A stretch of 61,377 nucleotides of DNA from Nitrospirae bacterium MYbin3 (GTDB lineage Bacteria > Nitrospirota > Thermodesulfovibrionia > Thermodesulfovibrionales > Dissulfurispiraceae), in assembly GCA_002753335.1 (NCBI GenBank), contig PEAD01000018.1, forward strand, positions 1 through 61,377, in the 5' to 3' direction. A program made the position numbers and the translations under genes. Below the pieces are notes generated by a model that saw only the letters and a list, made by a program, of their open reading frames with translations, searched no databases and was not told the DNA's origin. Below are positions 9,639 through 20,033 of this stretch, one piece after another (the first letter of the stretch is position 1; every line of letters starts with the position of its first letter).

Positions 9639-11033
9639 CTATTTTATCCTTGCAGCAATCTCTTTTGCAAAATCAGAAAGTGTTTCATCTCTGGCTCCAA
9701 ATACAACATAGCTGTCATATTTTTTTACTCTTTGCAGAATCTCATCTCTGCCTAACACTTCCGCCGACTTAGACCTTTCTCTAACGCCTTGAGCAAGGTC
9801 TTCACTTGATATATCCTTTCTTGCGGTGCCACCGGCGTAATAAATCGGCAAAATAACAAGATGGTCCCCATCCCTTAAATACGAAGCGAAAGTATCAATA
9901 TATTCATCTTTCATCATCTTGGTTGGACCAAAACCGTGGGGTTGGAAAATAAAGCAGATGGATTCCCGTGTGTTTTTTACAGTAGCCATTAAAGACGCTA
10001 TTTTATGTGGATTGTGTGCGTAATCGTCAATCACAAATTTTTTGCCATCATTAAGCCATATATCAAACCTGCGCTCTATTCCTGTAAACTCAGAAACAGC
10101 CGCTGCAATTCCTTTGATGTCGATTCCTAAAGAAACAAGCATGGATATACATGCCATAGCATTGTATGTGTTGTAAATGCCCGGAAGCCTTAACCGAAAT
10201 TTTATTCCATTTACAGTAAAAGCAGTTTGCAACGGTTCAAGTTCTATATCAGCAGCTCTGAAATCTGATGAATTTTTTAAAGAAAAGGTTGCTCTGCCAT
10301 TTTTAATAAAACTCTGAAGATTTGCATCATCGGAGTTGACAACTATAGTGCCGCTTGTGTTTAGACACAACGCCTCGAACATTACAGAAGTCTCTGCAAT
10401 CGAATGGTGGTCTAGGTCAAGATTAAGAAGGATTGTGTGTTCGGGATTATAATTCACTATTGAGCCGTCTGATTCACAGGCTTCGATTACAAGCGTATCG
10501 GACGCTCCTGTCAGAAAATTTCCGGAATTACTTTCTGTCTTAAATTGCTTTACCCTGCCTCCGCCTATAAAATTAGGACTTAAACCTAGATATTGCAGAA
10601 CAAACGCTAGCATACCTGAGGTTGTTGATTTACCGCTCGTACCAGCCACAGCAATGGTTTTAAACTCGGACACTATTTCGGACAAAAATTCCGGTCTTGT
10701 TTTTAATTTAATACCGGTGCTTTTTGCGCAGAGCATTTCGGGGTTGCCCTCTTCTACAGCCGTGCTGAAAACAGCAATGTCAAAGCTTGAGTCAATTCCT
10801 TTGCCGTCCTGCGGCACAATGGTTATGCCGGATTTTGTTAATGTTTTATATAGATAATTAGAAGGATTTAAATCAAAAGATCTGTCTGAACCTGATATGT
10901 TTATACCAGAACCGGCCATAAACCCTGCTATAGCAGAGACACCGCTGCCGCCTATTCCAGAAAAAAAAATCTTAGAGATGTTAGAGAATTTGCGCTGAGA
11001 AGAAGCTACCACTTTATGAGCGCCGAAGCCCAT
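9639..11033 (-). CDS. MurC/Mpl-like Mur ligase
   Basis: GIGGSGVS, AVAGTSGKSTT, EACESDG, DDYAHNP, FQPH. The true start may be GTG at 11012. Confidence 0.85.
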   Translation of the reverse strand: MGFGAHKVVASSQRKFSNISKIFFSGIGGSGVSAIAGFMAGSGINISGSDRSFDLNPSNYLYKTLTKSGITIVPQDGKGIDSSFDIAVFSTAVEEGNPEMLCAKSTGIKLKTRPEFLSEIVSEFKTIAVAGTSGKSTTSGMLAFVLQYLGLSPNFIGGGRVKQFKTESNSGNFLTGASDTLVIEACESDGSIVNYNPEHTILLNLDLDHHSIAETSVMFEALCLNTSGTIVVNSDDANLQSFIKNGRATFSLKNSSDFRAADIELEPLQTAFTVNGIKFRLRLPGIYNTYNAMACISMLVSLGIDIKGIAAAVSEFTGIERRFDIWLNDGKKFVIDDYAHNPHKIASLMATVKNTRESICFIFQPHGFGPTKMMKDEYIDTFASYLRDGDHLVILPIYYAGGTARKDISSEDLAQGVRERSKSAEVLGRDEILQRVKKYDSYVVFGARDETLSDFAKEIAARIK

Positions 11034-12004
11034 GTAAGTCCTGCGCCGAAGGCTTCGAGCAGAACAATGTCCCCTGCCCTTACCCTGCCTGTTCTGACCG
11101 CTTCATCAAGAGCGATTGGAATGGATGCAGCAGAAGTATTGCCGTACCTTTCAAGGTTCAGCATTACCTTGTCCATAGAAAGCCCGAGCCTGCTTGCTGT
11201 AGCCTGAATTATGCGCAGATTGGCCTGATGCGGAATAAGAATGGAAAGCTGCGACGGCTTGATATTGTTCTCTTTGAGAGTATCGATAACAAGGTTTTCG
11301 AGCGCCCTCACAGCAACTTTAAATGTTTCGTTGCCCTTCATTTTTATAAAATGCTGCTTCTTTTTAAGAGTATCTTTAGAGGCAGGATTTCTCGATCCTC
11401 CACCTTCGAGCGTAATAAAATCTCCTAGACTCCCGTCCGCATAAAGTTTAGTCGAAAGGACGCCCCTGTCTTCATCAGTAGCTTCCAAGATAGCAGCTCC
11501 GGCTCCATCACCAAAAAGTACACAGGTTGTCCTATCCTCCCAGTCCAAGAACTTGGTAAGAGCTTCAGCCCCAACAATCAGTATTCGCTTGTATGTCAGA
11601 GTTCTGATAAAGCTGTCAGCTATAGACAGACTATATATAAAGCCGGAACATGCCGCATTCAGGTCAAAGGCAGGAGTATTTTTTATCTCAAGACGGTCTT
11701 GCAGTATGCATGCGGTTGAGGGGAAAGGCATATCTGTTGAAACGCTTGCAACTATTATCATGTCTATATCTTTAGCTTTCAGCCCGGCATTTTTTAGGGC
11801 TATTTTTGAAGCCTCAAAAGCTAAGTCAGAGGCAGCCTCATGCGTTCCGCAGGTTCTTCTCTCTTTTATTCCTGTTCTTTCGACTATCCATTCGTCAGAA
11901 GTATCAACGATTTTTTCTATATCAAAATTTGTAAGCTTTTTGGATGGAGCGTATGCTCCGGTTGCGATTATTCTGCTTCTGATTGTTTTGGCTGGTTCTT
12001 TCAT
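11006..12004 (-). CDS. fabH: Beta-ketoacyl-ACP synthase III
   Basis: AACSGF, HQANLRI, GNTSAAS catalytic triad motifs. Confidence 0.97.
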   Translation of the reverse strand: MKEPAKTIRSRIIATGAYAPSKKLTNFDIEKIVDTSDEWIVERTGIKERRTCGTHEAASDLAFEASKIALKNAGLKAKDIDMIIVASVSTDMPFPSTACILQDRLEIKNTPAFDLNAACSGFIYSLSIADSFIRTLTYKRILIVGAEALTKFLDWEDRTTCVLFGDGAGAAILEATDEDRGVLSTKLYADGSLGDFITLEGGGSRNPASKDTLKKKQHFIKMKGNETFKVAVRALENLVIDTLKENNIKPSQLSILIPHQANLRIIQATASRLGLSMDKVMLNLERYGNTSAASIPIALDEAVRTGRVRAGDIVLLEAFGAGLTWASALIKW

Positions 12005-12993
12005 GAATCAGTACCCAAAGACTCAGCTATCTTCTGGTGAACACGGTGAGATGCCATATCTCCGGCCACTTTGATTGCGTGCTTTATTGCACGTGATGAT
12101 GAGCGGCCATGGCTTATTATGCAGGTTCCATTAATGCCTAATAACGGAGCGCCGCCATATTCAGAATAATCGGTTCTTTTTTTGAATTTTTTAAGCGCAG
12201 GTTTGATTAAGAGGTAACCTAGTTTGCCTGCTGGCGCATCATTTATCTCTTTCCTTAGCGTTTTCATTATAGCCTCGGCAAGCCCCTCACTTACTTTTAG
12301 AACAATGTTTCCTGTAAAGCCATCGCAAACAACAACTTCGGCATTTCCCTCGAATATTTCACGCCCTTCTATATTACCTGTAAAATTAAGTGATGATGAT
12401 TTAAGAAGCTTAAGCGCTTCTTTTGTAACTTCATTGCCTTTAGAATCCTCTTCGCCGATGCTTAAAAGCGCTATGCGCGGGGATTCCTGCCCAAAGATTG
12501 CCTTTGTGTAAGCGTTGCCCATGTGGGCAAACTGAACAAGATTTTCGGCCTTGCAGTCAACCGTAGCGCCAACATCTAAAAGAATAAAAAATCCTTTTAG
12601 AGAAGGCATCAGTGTAGCAATTGCCGGACGCTCTACATTGGGGAGTTTGCCGAGAATAACAAGAGATGCTGCCATAGCAATACCTGAGTGGCCGGCGCTT
12701 ACCACAGCATCGGCATCGCCGTTTTTAACCATCTCTATGGCTTTGCGTATTGAAGAGTCCTTTTTTCTCCGCAAAGCCAAAGACGGAGATTCATGCATTT
12801 CAACAACCTCAGAAGCATGGTGCAGAGAAATTTTAGCCGCAGGATATTTTTTGCCTTTTAACTCAGCTTCAAGACGGTCCTTGTTTCCAACAAGAACCAC
12901 TTCCAGATCGTATTCCTGAACCGCCTCTATCGCCCCTGCAACCGTAACAACAGGGGCAAAATCTCCGCCCATAGCATCAAGGGCTATTTTCAT
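12001..12993 (-). CDS. plsX: Phosphate acyltransferase PlsX
   Basis: IALDAMGGD, VCDGFTGN, HGRS; canonical rpmF-plsX-fabH synteny. Confidence 0.97.
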   Translation of the reverse strand: MKIALDAMGGDFAPVVTVAGAIEAVQEYDLEVVLVGNKDRLEAELKGKKYPAAKISLHHASEVVEMHESPSLALRRKKDSSIRKAIEMVKNGDADAVVSAGHSGIAMAASLVILGKLPNVERPAIATLMPSLKGFFILLDVGATVDCKAENLVQFAHMGNAYTKAIFGQESPRIALLSIGEEDSKGNEVTKEALKLLKSSSLNFTGNIEGREIFEGNAEVVVCDGFTGNIVLKVSEGLAEAIMKTLRKEINDAPAGKLGYLLIKPALKKFKKRTDYSEYGGAPLLGINGTCIISHGRSSSRAIKHAIKVAGDMASHRVHQKIAESLGTDS

Positions 12994-13178
12994 GCCTCTT
13001 TAGAAACTACATCCAAAATCTTTTTTCCGTTGTATGAACCACAGCTTCCGCATGCCTTGTGTGCAGCCTTAAGCTCCTTGCATTCGGGGCATTCAGCTAT
13101 GCTTGGCATGGTGCCTTTCCAGTTGGCCCTTCTTTTGTCTCTTCTTGAACGAGTATGTCGGTGCGTTGGGTTTGCCAT
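12990..13178 (-). CDS. rpmF: 50S ribosomal protein L32
   Basis: MANPTHRHTRSRRDKRR, CPEC...CGSC zinc ribbon. Confidence 0.95.
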   Translation of the reverse strand: MANPTHRHTRSRRDKRRANWKGTMPSIAECPECKELKAAHKACGSCGSYNGKKILDVVSKEA

Positions 13179-13180
13179 AA

Positions 13181-13690
13181 TTACTCCTTTCTTTCTTTTA
13201 GTTTTTTTAAAACAGCGAACCTTGGATCTCCATCCCCGGGTTCACAATCGCATTGCATATCATTTAAATCAGCTCCGCATTCAGGGCATATGCCTTTGCA
13301 GTCTTTAGAGCATAAAGGCTTCATAGGAACATCCAGTAATAATTGCTCTAAAAAAATCTCATCAGTATCCAGAACATCATCTCTATAAAAACCGATATCC
13401 AGCTCGTCGCCTTTTAGCTCTGCATGAACCTCTTTTTCCATCTCCTTAATAGGCCTGTACACATCATCAATCCGGCTATTAATCTCAAGATCAAAATTTT
13501 TCAGGCATCTGCTGCACTGCAAGCCCACTCTGCAATTCGCTACACCTTTGACAGTTACTTCGGCCGCTATTCTACCTATCCTGAGCACACCATGAACAGG
13601 TGAAAGCAGATTAATAGCATCACTTTCCACTTGCTCGTTAAGTTCGAGTTCAAGACCGTCTTCATTTATCTCAGAGACCGTAATTTTCAT
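13181..13690 (-). CDS. DUF177/YceD family protein
   Basis: CSRCL, PMKPLCSKDCKGICPECG, DPRFAVL; upstream of rpmF. Confidence 0.92.
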   Translation of the reverse strand: MKITVSEINEDGLELELNEQVESDAINLLSPVHGVLRIGRIAAEVTVKGVANCRVGLQCSRCLKNFDLEINSRIDDVYRPIKEMEKEVHAELKGDELDIGFYRDDVLDTDEIFLEQLLLDVPMKPLCSKDCKGICPECGADLNDMQCDCEPGDGDPRFAVLKKLKERKE

Positions 13691-13822
13691 AATTTATTCT
13701 CGAAACGCATAAAAATACAGAATATAAATTATAAAAACCTGAAGTTAAATAAGTCAAGAAAAAACAAGCTGTTAATGAACTATATATGCTCGTTTGTCGT
13801 TGGCAGAAAATCAAGAAAAAGA

Positions 13823-14842
13823 CTATTTAGAGCTCAATTCATGCACATCTTTAACCATCTCGATAGCGTTCTCAAAAGGAATCTCAGGTAGTATGCCGTG
13901 CCCAAGGTTGAAAATATGACCTTTAGCCCCCTTAGCTCCGGCCAAGACTTTTGATACCCTGTCTTTTATAAGCGCTCTGTCGCCAAGCAGTGTGCATGGG
14001 TCGAGATTGCCCTGAACAGCTCCCTTATCGCCAATAGCGCTGATTGCATCGCTAATATCAATTCTCCAGTCAATACCGTAAACATCGGCGTCGGCCAGCT
14101 TAACCTTATCTAGCATCGCGCTCCCGTTGAACGCAAAATAAATCACAGGCAGCTTGCCCTTAAAAGTGGAAACTATTTTCTGGACATACGGCAAAATGTA
14201 AGCCTCAAAGTCAACCGGAGACAGTATCCCCGCCCATGAATCAAACACCTGAATCGCCTGAACTCCTGCATCCACCTGAAGCTGCAGGTACCCGATTACT
14301 GTATCGGTTATCTTTTCCATCAGATTTGCAAATATTTCTGGGGTTTGAAACATCATTTTTTTTGTGTTTACATAATTCTTGGAACTGCCGCCTTCGATCA
14401 TATAAGTAGCTAATGTAAACGGGGCTCCCGAAAAGCCGATTAAAGGCACATTCAGCTTAGAGGTAAGAATTTTAATAGCCTCTGCCACAAAAGGCACATC
14501 CTCGGCCGGTTTAATCTGGCGGAGCTTAAGAATTGCGGTCTCGCTTCTAATCGGATCATAAAGTATCGGCCCTTTTGATTCAGAAAATTCGAGCTTCATT
14601 CCCATCGGCTCGATAGGGATAAGAATGTCAGAAAATAAAATTGCTGCATCCACCTTTAAAATATCAACAGGCTGAAATGTAACCTCAGCCGCCAGTTGAG
14701 GGGTTTTGCATAGAGTTAAAAAATCTACCTTTGCCCTGACCTTCTGGTAATCTGGGAGATATCTTCCGGCCTGTCTCATTATCCAGACAGGAGTATAGTC
14801 GGTTTTTTCTCCTCTGCACGCCTTAAGAAATGTATCGTTCAT
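13823..14842 (-). CDS. hemE: Uroporphyrinogen decarboxylase
   Basis: [30 protein letters not shown]. Confidence 0.97.
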   Translation of the reverse strand: MNDTFLKACRGEKTDYTPVWIMRQAGRYLPDYQKVRAKVDFLTLCKTPQLAAEVTFQPVDILKVDAAILFSDILIPIEPMGMKLEFSESKGPILYDPIRSETAILKLRQIKPAEDVPFVAEAIKILTSKLNVPLIGFSGAPFTLATYMIEGGSSKNYVNTKKMMFQTPEIFANLMEKITDTVIGYLQLQVDAGVQAIQVFDSWAGILSPVDFEAYILPYVQKIVSTFKGKLPVIYFAFNGSAMLDKVKLADADVYGIDWRIDISDAISAIGDKGAVQGNLDPCTLLGDRALIKDRVSKVLAGAKGAKGHIFNLGHGILPEIPFENAIEMVKDVHELSSK

Positions 14843-15909
14843 TTATCCTCCGTCTTCATTTTTCTGGGCATGTGTCCGCAGAACGGCTCCTCTGCCATGT
14901 AGTCGCCCTCCATAGCATAAGCCCTTGCCCTGCAACCTCCGCAGACATTCACATATTCACACGAGCCGCATCTGCCTTTATAGCTTTTAAAATCCCTCAT
15001 ATCCTTAAATAGCTCCGAATTTTCCCAAATATCCTTAAACGACTGCTGCCGCACATTGCCCGCAGCCTTAGGAAAATAGCTGCATGGCAGCACATTGCCA
15101 TCAACATCAATCAGGCATATTAACTGGCCTGCAAGACATCCTTTTGAGCCGCCGGTCGAAAACTTAAGAGTGCGCTTTTCGAATTTAACACCCTCTTCTT
15201 TTGATTTTTGAAGCACTACCCTGTAGTAATGCGGCGCACAGGTTGGTCTTACAAGCATGTCATGCTCGTCTTTTTCCATATCAAAATGCCAGTTAAGGAT
15301 TTCTTCGTAATCTTCTTTCGAGATAAGTTCATTCATAATCTCTTCGCCGCGACCTGTCGGCACAATCATAAACATGTACCAAGCGGTTGCGCCGAGGCTC
15401 TTTGCAAGTTTATAAACTTTAGGAATTTCTTCCTGATTGCGCTTGGTGAAAGACGAGTTGATAATGAACTCTATCCCGTGCTTTTTAAAAAGTGCGGCTG
15501 AATTAAGAATTCCCTGAAATGCGCCTTTCTGGTTGCGGAAGTTGTCATGCACCTCTTCTGTTGAACCGTCAAGGCTCATCGAGACGATTCTCAGCCCCGA
15601 CTCTTTAATCTTCAGGCAGATATCTTCGGTAACAAGAGAACCGTTTGTTGCAAGGCACATGCGCAGACCTTTTTCTGTGCCGTACTTTGCGATCTCAAAC
15701 ACATCTTTTCTCATTAACGGTTCGCCACCTGAAAGAACCACTACGGGTTTTGCATAGCCCGAAATGTCGTCGATTACCCTGAAGGCTTCTTCGGTCGTAA
15801 AATCAGGATGCCCCTTCGCCTCCATCTCCGAAGACGAGCGGCAATGCACGCACCTGAGGTTGCATCTCCTCGTTATTTCCCAAGCTATCCATTTCGGTGA
15901 AAATTCCAT
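14839..15909 (-). CDS. Radical SAM/SPASM heme biosynthesis enzyme, AhbD/NirJ-like (probable coproheme decarboxylase)
   Basis: [40 protein letters not shown]; overlaps hemE start. Confidence 0.8.
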   Translation of the reverse strand: MEFSPKWIAWEITRRCNLRCVHCRSSSEMEAKGHPDFTTEEAFRVIDDISGYAKPVVVLSGGEPLMRKDVFEIAKYGTEKGLRMCLATNGSLVTEDICLKIKESGLRIVSMSLDGSTEEVHDNFRNQKGAFQGILNSAALFKKHGIEFIINSSFTKRNQEEIPKVYKLAKSLGATAWYMFMIVPTGRGEEIMNELISKEDYEEILNWHFDMEKDEHDMLVRPTCAPHYYRVVLQKSKEEGVKFEKRTLKFSTGGSKGCLAGQLICLIDVDGNVLPCSYFPKAAGNVRQQSFKDIWENSELFKDMRDFKSYKGRCGSCEYVNVCGGCRARAYAMEGDYMAEEPFCGHMPRKMKTEDK

Positions 15910-15997
15910 AAGGGATATTATAACAGAATGAGTATTATGAAAGACTCTGTACGGCGATTAGAAAAATATGACTGTTCTCGATACAGTTTGTTTTTAT

Positions 15998-16372
15998 TTA
16001 CCGCATAATAGTACGGATTCTAACTCTTGCATCATCGAGAACAACAAGTGCACCTTCTTTTAGCTCTATGTTTATTTCAAAAAACTTCTCAAGAACGGCT
16101 ACCGCGTTGGATATTTTGAAGTCTTTCAATCTCATATAAATAATGCCAAAACATGGAATACCTTCATTTATGGCCAAAGTACCAAAATCAGAATCGTTGG
16201 TTAGAATAAACCGTTTATCGTCAAATGCCTTCTCCATAAGATATTTGTCGCTGCTACCCTGCCAGCCTTTTTCTTTTGCATCAATAATATCCATTCCTTT
16301 TTGCCTAAGATGGAATACAATTCTCGGTGAAATATTTTCGTCCGCCAAAAGCCTTAAGCTCTTAGATTTCAT
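15998..16372 (-). CDS. DUF5615 PIN-like toxin
   Basis: LLADENI, SDKYL, ILTNDSDFG. Confidence 0.85.
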   Translation of the reverse strand: MKSKSLRLLADENISPRIVFHLRQKGMDIIDAKEKGWQGSSDKYLMEKAFDDKRFILTNDSDFGTLAINEGIPCFGIIYMRLKDFKISNAVAVLEKFFEINIELKEGALVVLDDARVRIRTIMR

Positions 16373-16596
16373 TAAGCGGGTTCTAGCTCAAGAAGGATTT
16401 CATTTTTTAGAGAATGCGCAGCATATTCAAGACAGGCATGAATATCATCCTTTGTTAGATGGGGATAGTCCTGAAGTATTTCATCTTCGGTAACGCCCGA
16501 CGCAAGAAGTTCCAACATAAACTCTACCGATATTCTTGTACCTTTAATAATTGGTTTGCCGCCGAGAATCTCCCTGTTTGTTGTTATGCGTCCCAT
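16372..16596 (-). CDS. DUF433 family antitoxin
   Basis: ILGGKPIIKGTRISV...ILQDYPHLTKDDIHACLEYA. Confidence 0.92.
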   Translation of the reverse strand: MGRITTNREILGGKPIIKGTRISVEFMLELLASGVTEDEILQDYPHLTKDDIHACLEYAAHSLKNEILLELEPA

Positions 16597-16686
16597 AAAA
16601 CACCTCCGACCATCTTTAATTACACGCCTTCCTACTCTATTTTAGCATGTTGTGGACTGTTGCGGGGACGGAACAAACTCACTATT

Positions 16687-17898
16687 CAGGGCAAACGCAC
16701 TATGTCGTTCCCTGAAGGTTAAGAATTTCAGATCTGTAATTGTCATCGTAGCCAGCCCTTAACCTTTTGTTTTTAACTCCAAGCTTGCAAGATTTGTTTT
16801 GTTTTAACAGATTCAGTGCAAAGCGTCTGACTATCGCCAGATTCTCAGCGCTATCGCCTGTCCTTGCTCGACTCTGGTCTTCGTTAAACGACATGTCTAG
16901 AACATAGTGCAAGCTATTCTCAATTCCCCAGTGCGCACGAATTATTGAGCCTAAATGTTTTGCATCAGCAGCCAAAGATGTGATAAAGCACCTCCGCTCC
17001 GTTGTTCTTTTGCCTTGCATCTCACGAATAGATTCAACCATAACGAGTGATTTCAATCCAGCCCATTTTCCTTTTTGCTCCATCCACCCAATGTTATCAG
17101 TAACCCATACCTTACGGGTCTCTATTCTGCCATGATCCTTTTCCACAGTTCTGAAATCCCCTCTCGGCCTATCCTTAGCCTCGGTGTCCAGATAAAGCTT
17201 CACTTCTTCCAAAAGATCCTCTTGATTGCCCTTTAACGCAAGCACATAGTTTCCGCCTCCTTGCACTATTTGAGCGGCAACATCCTTCTGACAACCCATG
17301 GCATCTATGCTTACCGTAACATCCTTAAGGTCAAACAGTGAAAGAACATCAGGTATTGCCGTTATCTCATTTGTCTTTTCATCAACTTTGCGCTGCCCAA
17401 TTAAAATACCTTGTTTGCAGGACCATGCGTGCAACATATGCAAAGCTCGCCCTGCTTTGCCATTATGAGAACGCTTCAAAGTCTTTCCGTCTATCGCAAT
17501 GTGTTCGTCTAATCCCATCTTTGCATCTTTTGCCCATAATGTAAATGCTTCTTCAAATTCCTTGGGGTCTAATAACAAAAATACTCTCCTGAATGTGTCG
17601 TGCGATGGTATTCCATTTGTAAGCGGCAAAAATTTCCTAAGCCAGTCCTTTTTTGCCTCCCCAAATATCGCTATCGCTTCCCAGTCGTCACATCCCGATA
17701 TTACTGCACATAATACTATGCTCAGTATGTCTGAAAGCGCATGCAGCTTATTCTCTGTCTCTCTCCGTGGATCTGGTACTTTGTCAAAATACGGCTTCGG
17801 ATTCGGTAACATAGGCTCCCCCTTTAAGTTAGTGCCTATGTTATTGCACTTATTATGCCTACACTATCCCCTATACCTCACATAGTGCGTTCGCCCTG
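16687..17898 (-). mobile_element. ISAs1-family insertion sequence (1212 bp)
   Basis: 19-bp terminal IRs CAGGGCAAACGCACTATGT (16687) and reverse complement CAGGGCGAACGCACTATGT (ends 17898), 1 mismatch; no target duplication seen. Confidence 0.92.
16700..17812 (-). CDS. ISAs1-family transposase
   Basis: PDPRR, GIPSHDTF, IAIDGKT, NEITAIP, IDAMGCQ, HWGIENSLHYVLD. Confidence 0.96.
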   Translation of the reverse strand: MLPNPKPYFDKVPDPRRETENKLHALSDILSIVLCAVISGCDDWEAIAIFGEAKKDWLRKFLPLTNGIPSHDTFRRVFLLLDPKEFEEAFTLWAKDAKMGLDEHIAIDGKTLKRSHNGKAGRALHMLHAWSCKQGILIGQRKVDEKTNEITAIPDVLSLFDLKDVTVSIDAMGCQKDVAAQIVQGGGNYVLALKGNQEDLLEEVKLYLDTEAKDRPRGDFRTVEKDHGRIETRKVWVTDNIGWMEQKGKWAGLKSLVMVESIREMQGKRTTERRCFITSLAADAKHLGSIIRAHWGIENSLHYVLDMSFNEDQSRARTGDSAENLAIVRRFALNLLKQNKSCKLGVKNKRLRAGYDDNYRSEILNLQGTT

Positions 17899-17908
17899 TA
17901 ATTAAACT

Positions 17909-17937
17909 TTGACATATGTATGCTAAAATGTTAAATT
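17909..17937 (+). promoter_or_regulatory. sigma70 promoter of the NHL/porin/cytochrome cluster
   Basis: TTGACA-17 nt-TAAATT with extended TG. Confidence 0.65.
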
Positions 17938-17976
17938 GTTTTACCGTCAAAAAAACTGTAAAGAGGGGTAGTTTTT

Positions 17977-19035
17977 ATGCCATCTTTCAATGAAAAATCT
18001 GCAGTGCTTTTTTTGCTTCTGGTTGTAATGTTTGTTATAGGCTGCTCCGGGGCGCCAACTCAGCCTCAGGAGGAAGGGGTCTATTATTGGCCGCTTCCCC
18101 CTGATCCTCCTAAAATAGCTTATGTCAGAAGTTTTCAGGGAGAGAGTGATTACCAAAAAGGCGATTTTTTTAGAGAGTTGCTTGGTTATGAGCCGGAGGA
18201 AGCAAAAAACCTTATAAAGCCTTATGGTGTTTATGCAAACTCAGGCAAGGTTTATGTAACCGACAGTATTGCCGGTGTAACTTTTATTTTGAACACGATA
18301 GAGAGGAAGGTGAATGCTTTTGGTGATACTGTTATGCCTATAGGTGTAACAGGAACCCGTGACGGTATTATATTTGTTTCGGACACAAAGTTAAAGAAGG
18401 TAATTAGATATGATGTAAAAATGGGGACGAAGATGGTTATAGGCAAGCAGGATGAGTTTAAAAATCCGGGGGGGCTTGCGGTGAATGATGAGCTTGGGAG
18501 GCTTTATATAGCTGATGGGCATGGACATAATGTGCATGTTTATTCTACTAAGGGTGATCCATTGTTTGTTTTTGGGAACAGGGGAGCAGAGGATGGTCAG
18601 TTTAATTTCCCGATAAATATTGCGATAGACAAACGAAACGGCAATTTGTATGTAGTGGATTCTCAGAACTTCAGGGTGCAGGTGTTAGACAAGGATGGCA
18701 AGTTCATAAGGAAATTTGGCGAGGTAGGTGCAAATGCCGGGAACTTTGCAAGACCCAAAGGGATAGGCATAGATACTGAAGGCAATGTTTATGTTGTTGA
18801 CGGAGCGTTTGAAAACTTTCAGGTTTTTAATGAGAAGGGTGAACTGTTGATAGCTGTGGGTTCTGCTGGTACAGGCCCCGGTAACTTTTATCTGCCTGCA
18901 GGCATGTATGTTGATGAGAACGATACGATATATGTGGTCGATTCAGCAAATAGAAGGGTGCAAGTTTTTCAGTATCTGAGCGAGAAATGGAAAAAGGCCA
19001 ACCCTGAAGAATACAAAAAATATCTGCCAAAATGA
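17977..19035 (+). CDS. NHL-repeat beta-propeller lipoprotein
   Basis: Lipobox VIGC, YWPLPPDPPKI, repeated F..P.GIA.D..G.LYVVD..N.RVQ. Confidence 0.9.
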   Translation: MPSFNEKSAVLFLLLVVMFVIGCSGAPTQPQEEGVYYWPLPPDPPKIAYVRSFQGESDYQKGDFFRELLGYEPEEAKNLIKPYGVYANSGKVYVTDSIAGVTFILNTIERKVNAFGDTVMPIGVTGTRDGIIFVSDTKLKKVIRYDVKMGTKMVIGKQDEFKNPGGLAVNDELGRLYIADGHGHNVHVYSTKGDPLFVFGNRGAEDGQFNFPINIAIDKRNGNLYVVDSQNFRVQVLDKDGKFIRKFGEVGANAGNFARPKGIGIDTEGNVYVVDGAFENFQVFNEKGELLIAVGSAGTGPGNFYLPAGMYVDENDTIYVVDSANRRVQVFQYLSEKWKKANPEEYKKYLPK

Positions 19036-20003
19036 AAATTTCTAAATTTATAGCAATGTTTTTTATTTCGGCAGTGTTGTTGCTTCCTGTAATAGTGCGT
19101 GCTGAAGCAGCCCCGGAAGATTCAGATATGTTCAAAATTATGGTTACTGTTAATGAGGGGGCTATAAACAGGGGGGACATCGTGATAGAAGTCAATAAGC
19201 TCCTGCCTCTTGAACTGTATCACAGGAACATGAACCCAGAAAAGATGAAAGAGATTGAGGATAAGGCGATAGAAAGTCTTATAGACCGTGAACTATTTTC
19301 TCAAGAGGCGAAAAGACTCGGAATTAAGGCGGATAAAAAAGAGGCAAAGAAAATCTTTGAATCCACCCGGGCGCAATATCCCTCCAGAAAGGGTTTTGAA
19401 ACAGTGCTAAAGAATTCAGGACTTACAAAGGACTCTTTGCTTATGAGAATCGAGAAGACATTGATGGTTGCCGCTCTCATTAAGCAGGAGGTGACCAAGG
19501 TTTTCAGCGATACCGAACTTGAAGAGTATTACAAGAATAACATTGATAAATTCAAACAACCTGAAGCTGTTAGGCTGCGCCACATTTATGTTCAGGTTGA
19601 CCCATCGCAGCAGGATGCCTACAAGAAGGCCAAGGATAAGATCGAAGAAGCTTTGGCTAAAATTAAGGCAGGCGAGGATTTCGGGAAAATAGCTTATGAA
19701 TATTCGAGTGATATGAGCAGGGTAAAAGGGGGTGATGTGGGTTTTCTGCATAAAGGCATGATTCCTGTTCCTGAGATGGAGAAGGTTGCTTTTTCTCTAG
19801 AAATAGGCAAGATGAGCGATATAATGGAAACCGAGATGGGTTACCACATCATACGGCTTGAGGAAAAGAGCCACGAAAGGCAGGTTCCCTTTGCCGAGAT
19901 TAAAAACAAACTTGAAAAAGAGATGAAAGACAAGGCAGAGAAAGAAAGGATGGATGCTCTCAGAAAGAGGTTGAGGGAGAATGCCGTCATCAAACGGTTT
20001 TAA
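19032..20003 (+). CDS. SurA/PrsA-like PpiC peptidyl-prolyl isomerase
   Basis: Signal peptide; RHIYV, FGKIAYEYSSD..GGDVG, GYHIIRL. Confidence 0.9.
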   Translation: MKISKFIAMFFISAVLLLPVIVRAEAAPEDSDMFKIMVTVNEGAINRGDIVIEVNKLLPLELYHRNMNPEKMKEIEDKAIESLIDRELFSQEAKRLGIKADKKEAKKIFESTRAQYPSRKGFETVLKNSGLTKDSLLMRIEKTLMVAALIKQEVTKVFSDTELEEYYKNNIDKFKQPEAVRLRHIYVQVDPSQQDAYKKAKDKIEEALAKIKAGEDFGKIAYEYSSDMSRVKGGDVGFLHKGMIPVPEMEKVAFSLEIGKMSDIMETEMGYHIIRLEEKSHERQVPFAEIKNKLEKEMKDKAEKERMDALRKRLRENAVIKRF

Positions 20004-20033
20004 TAAAAAAATAATATTTGGGCAGGGGAAACG

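Noticed and set aside
9634..9720. Fluoride riboswitch upstream of crcB
   Set aside because: crcB starts 5 nt after the Mur ligase stop; there is no leader or aptamer motif
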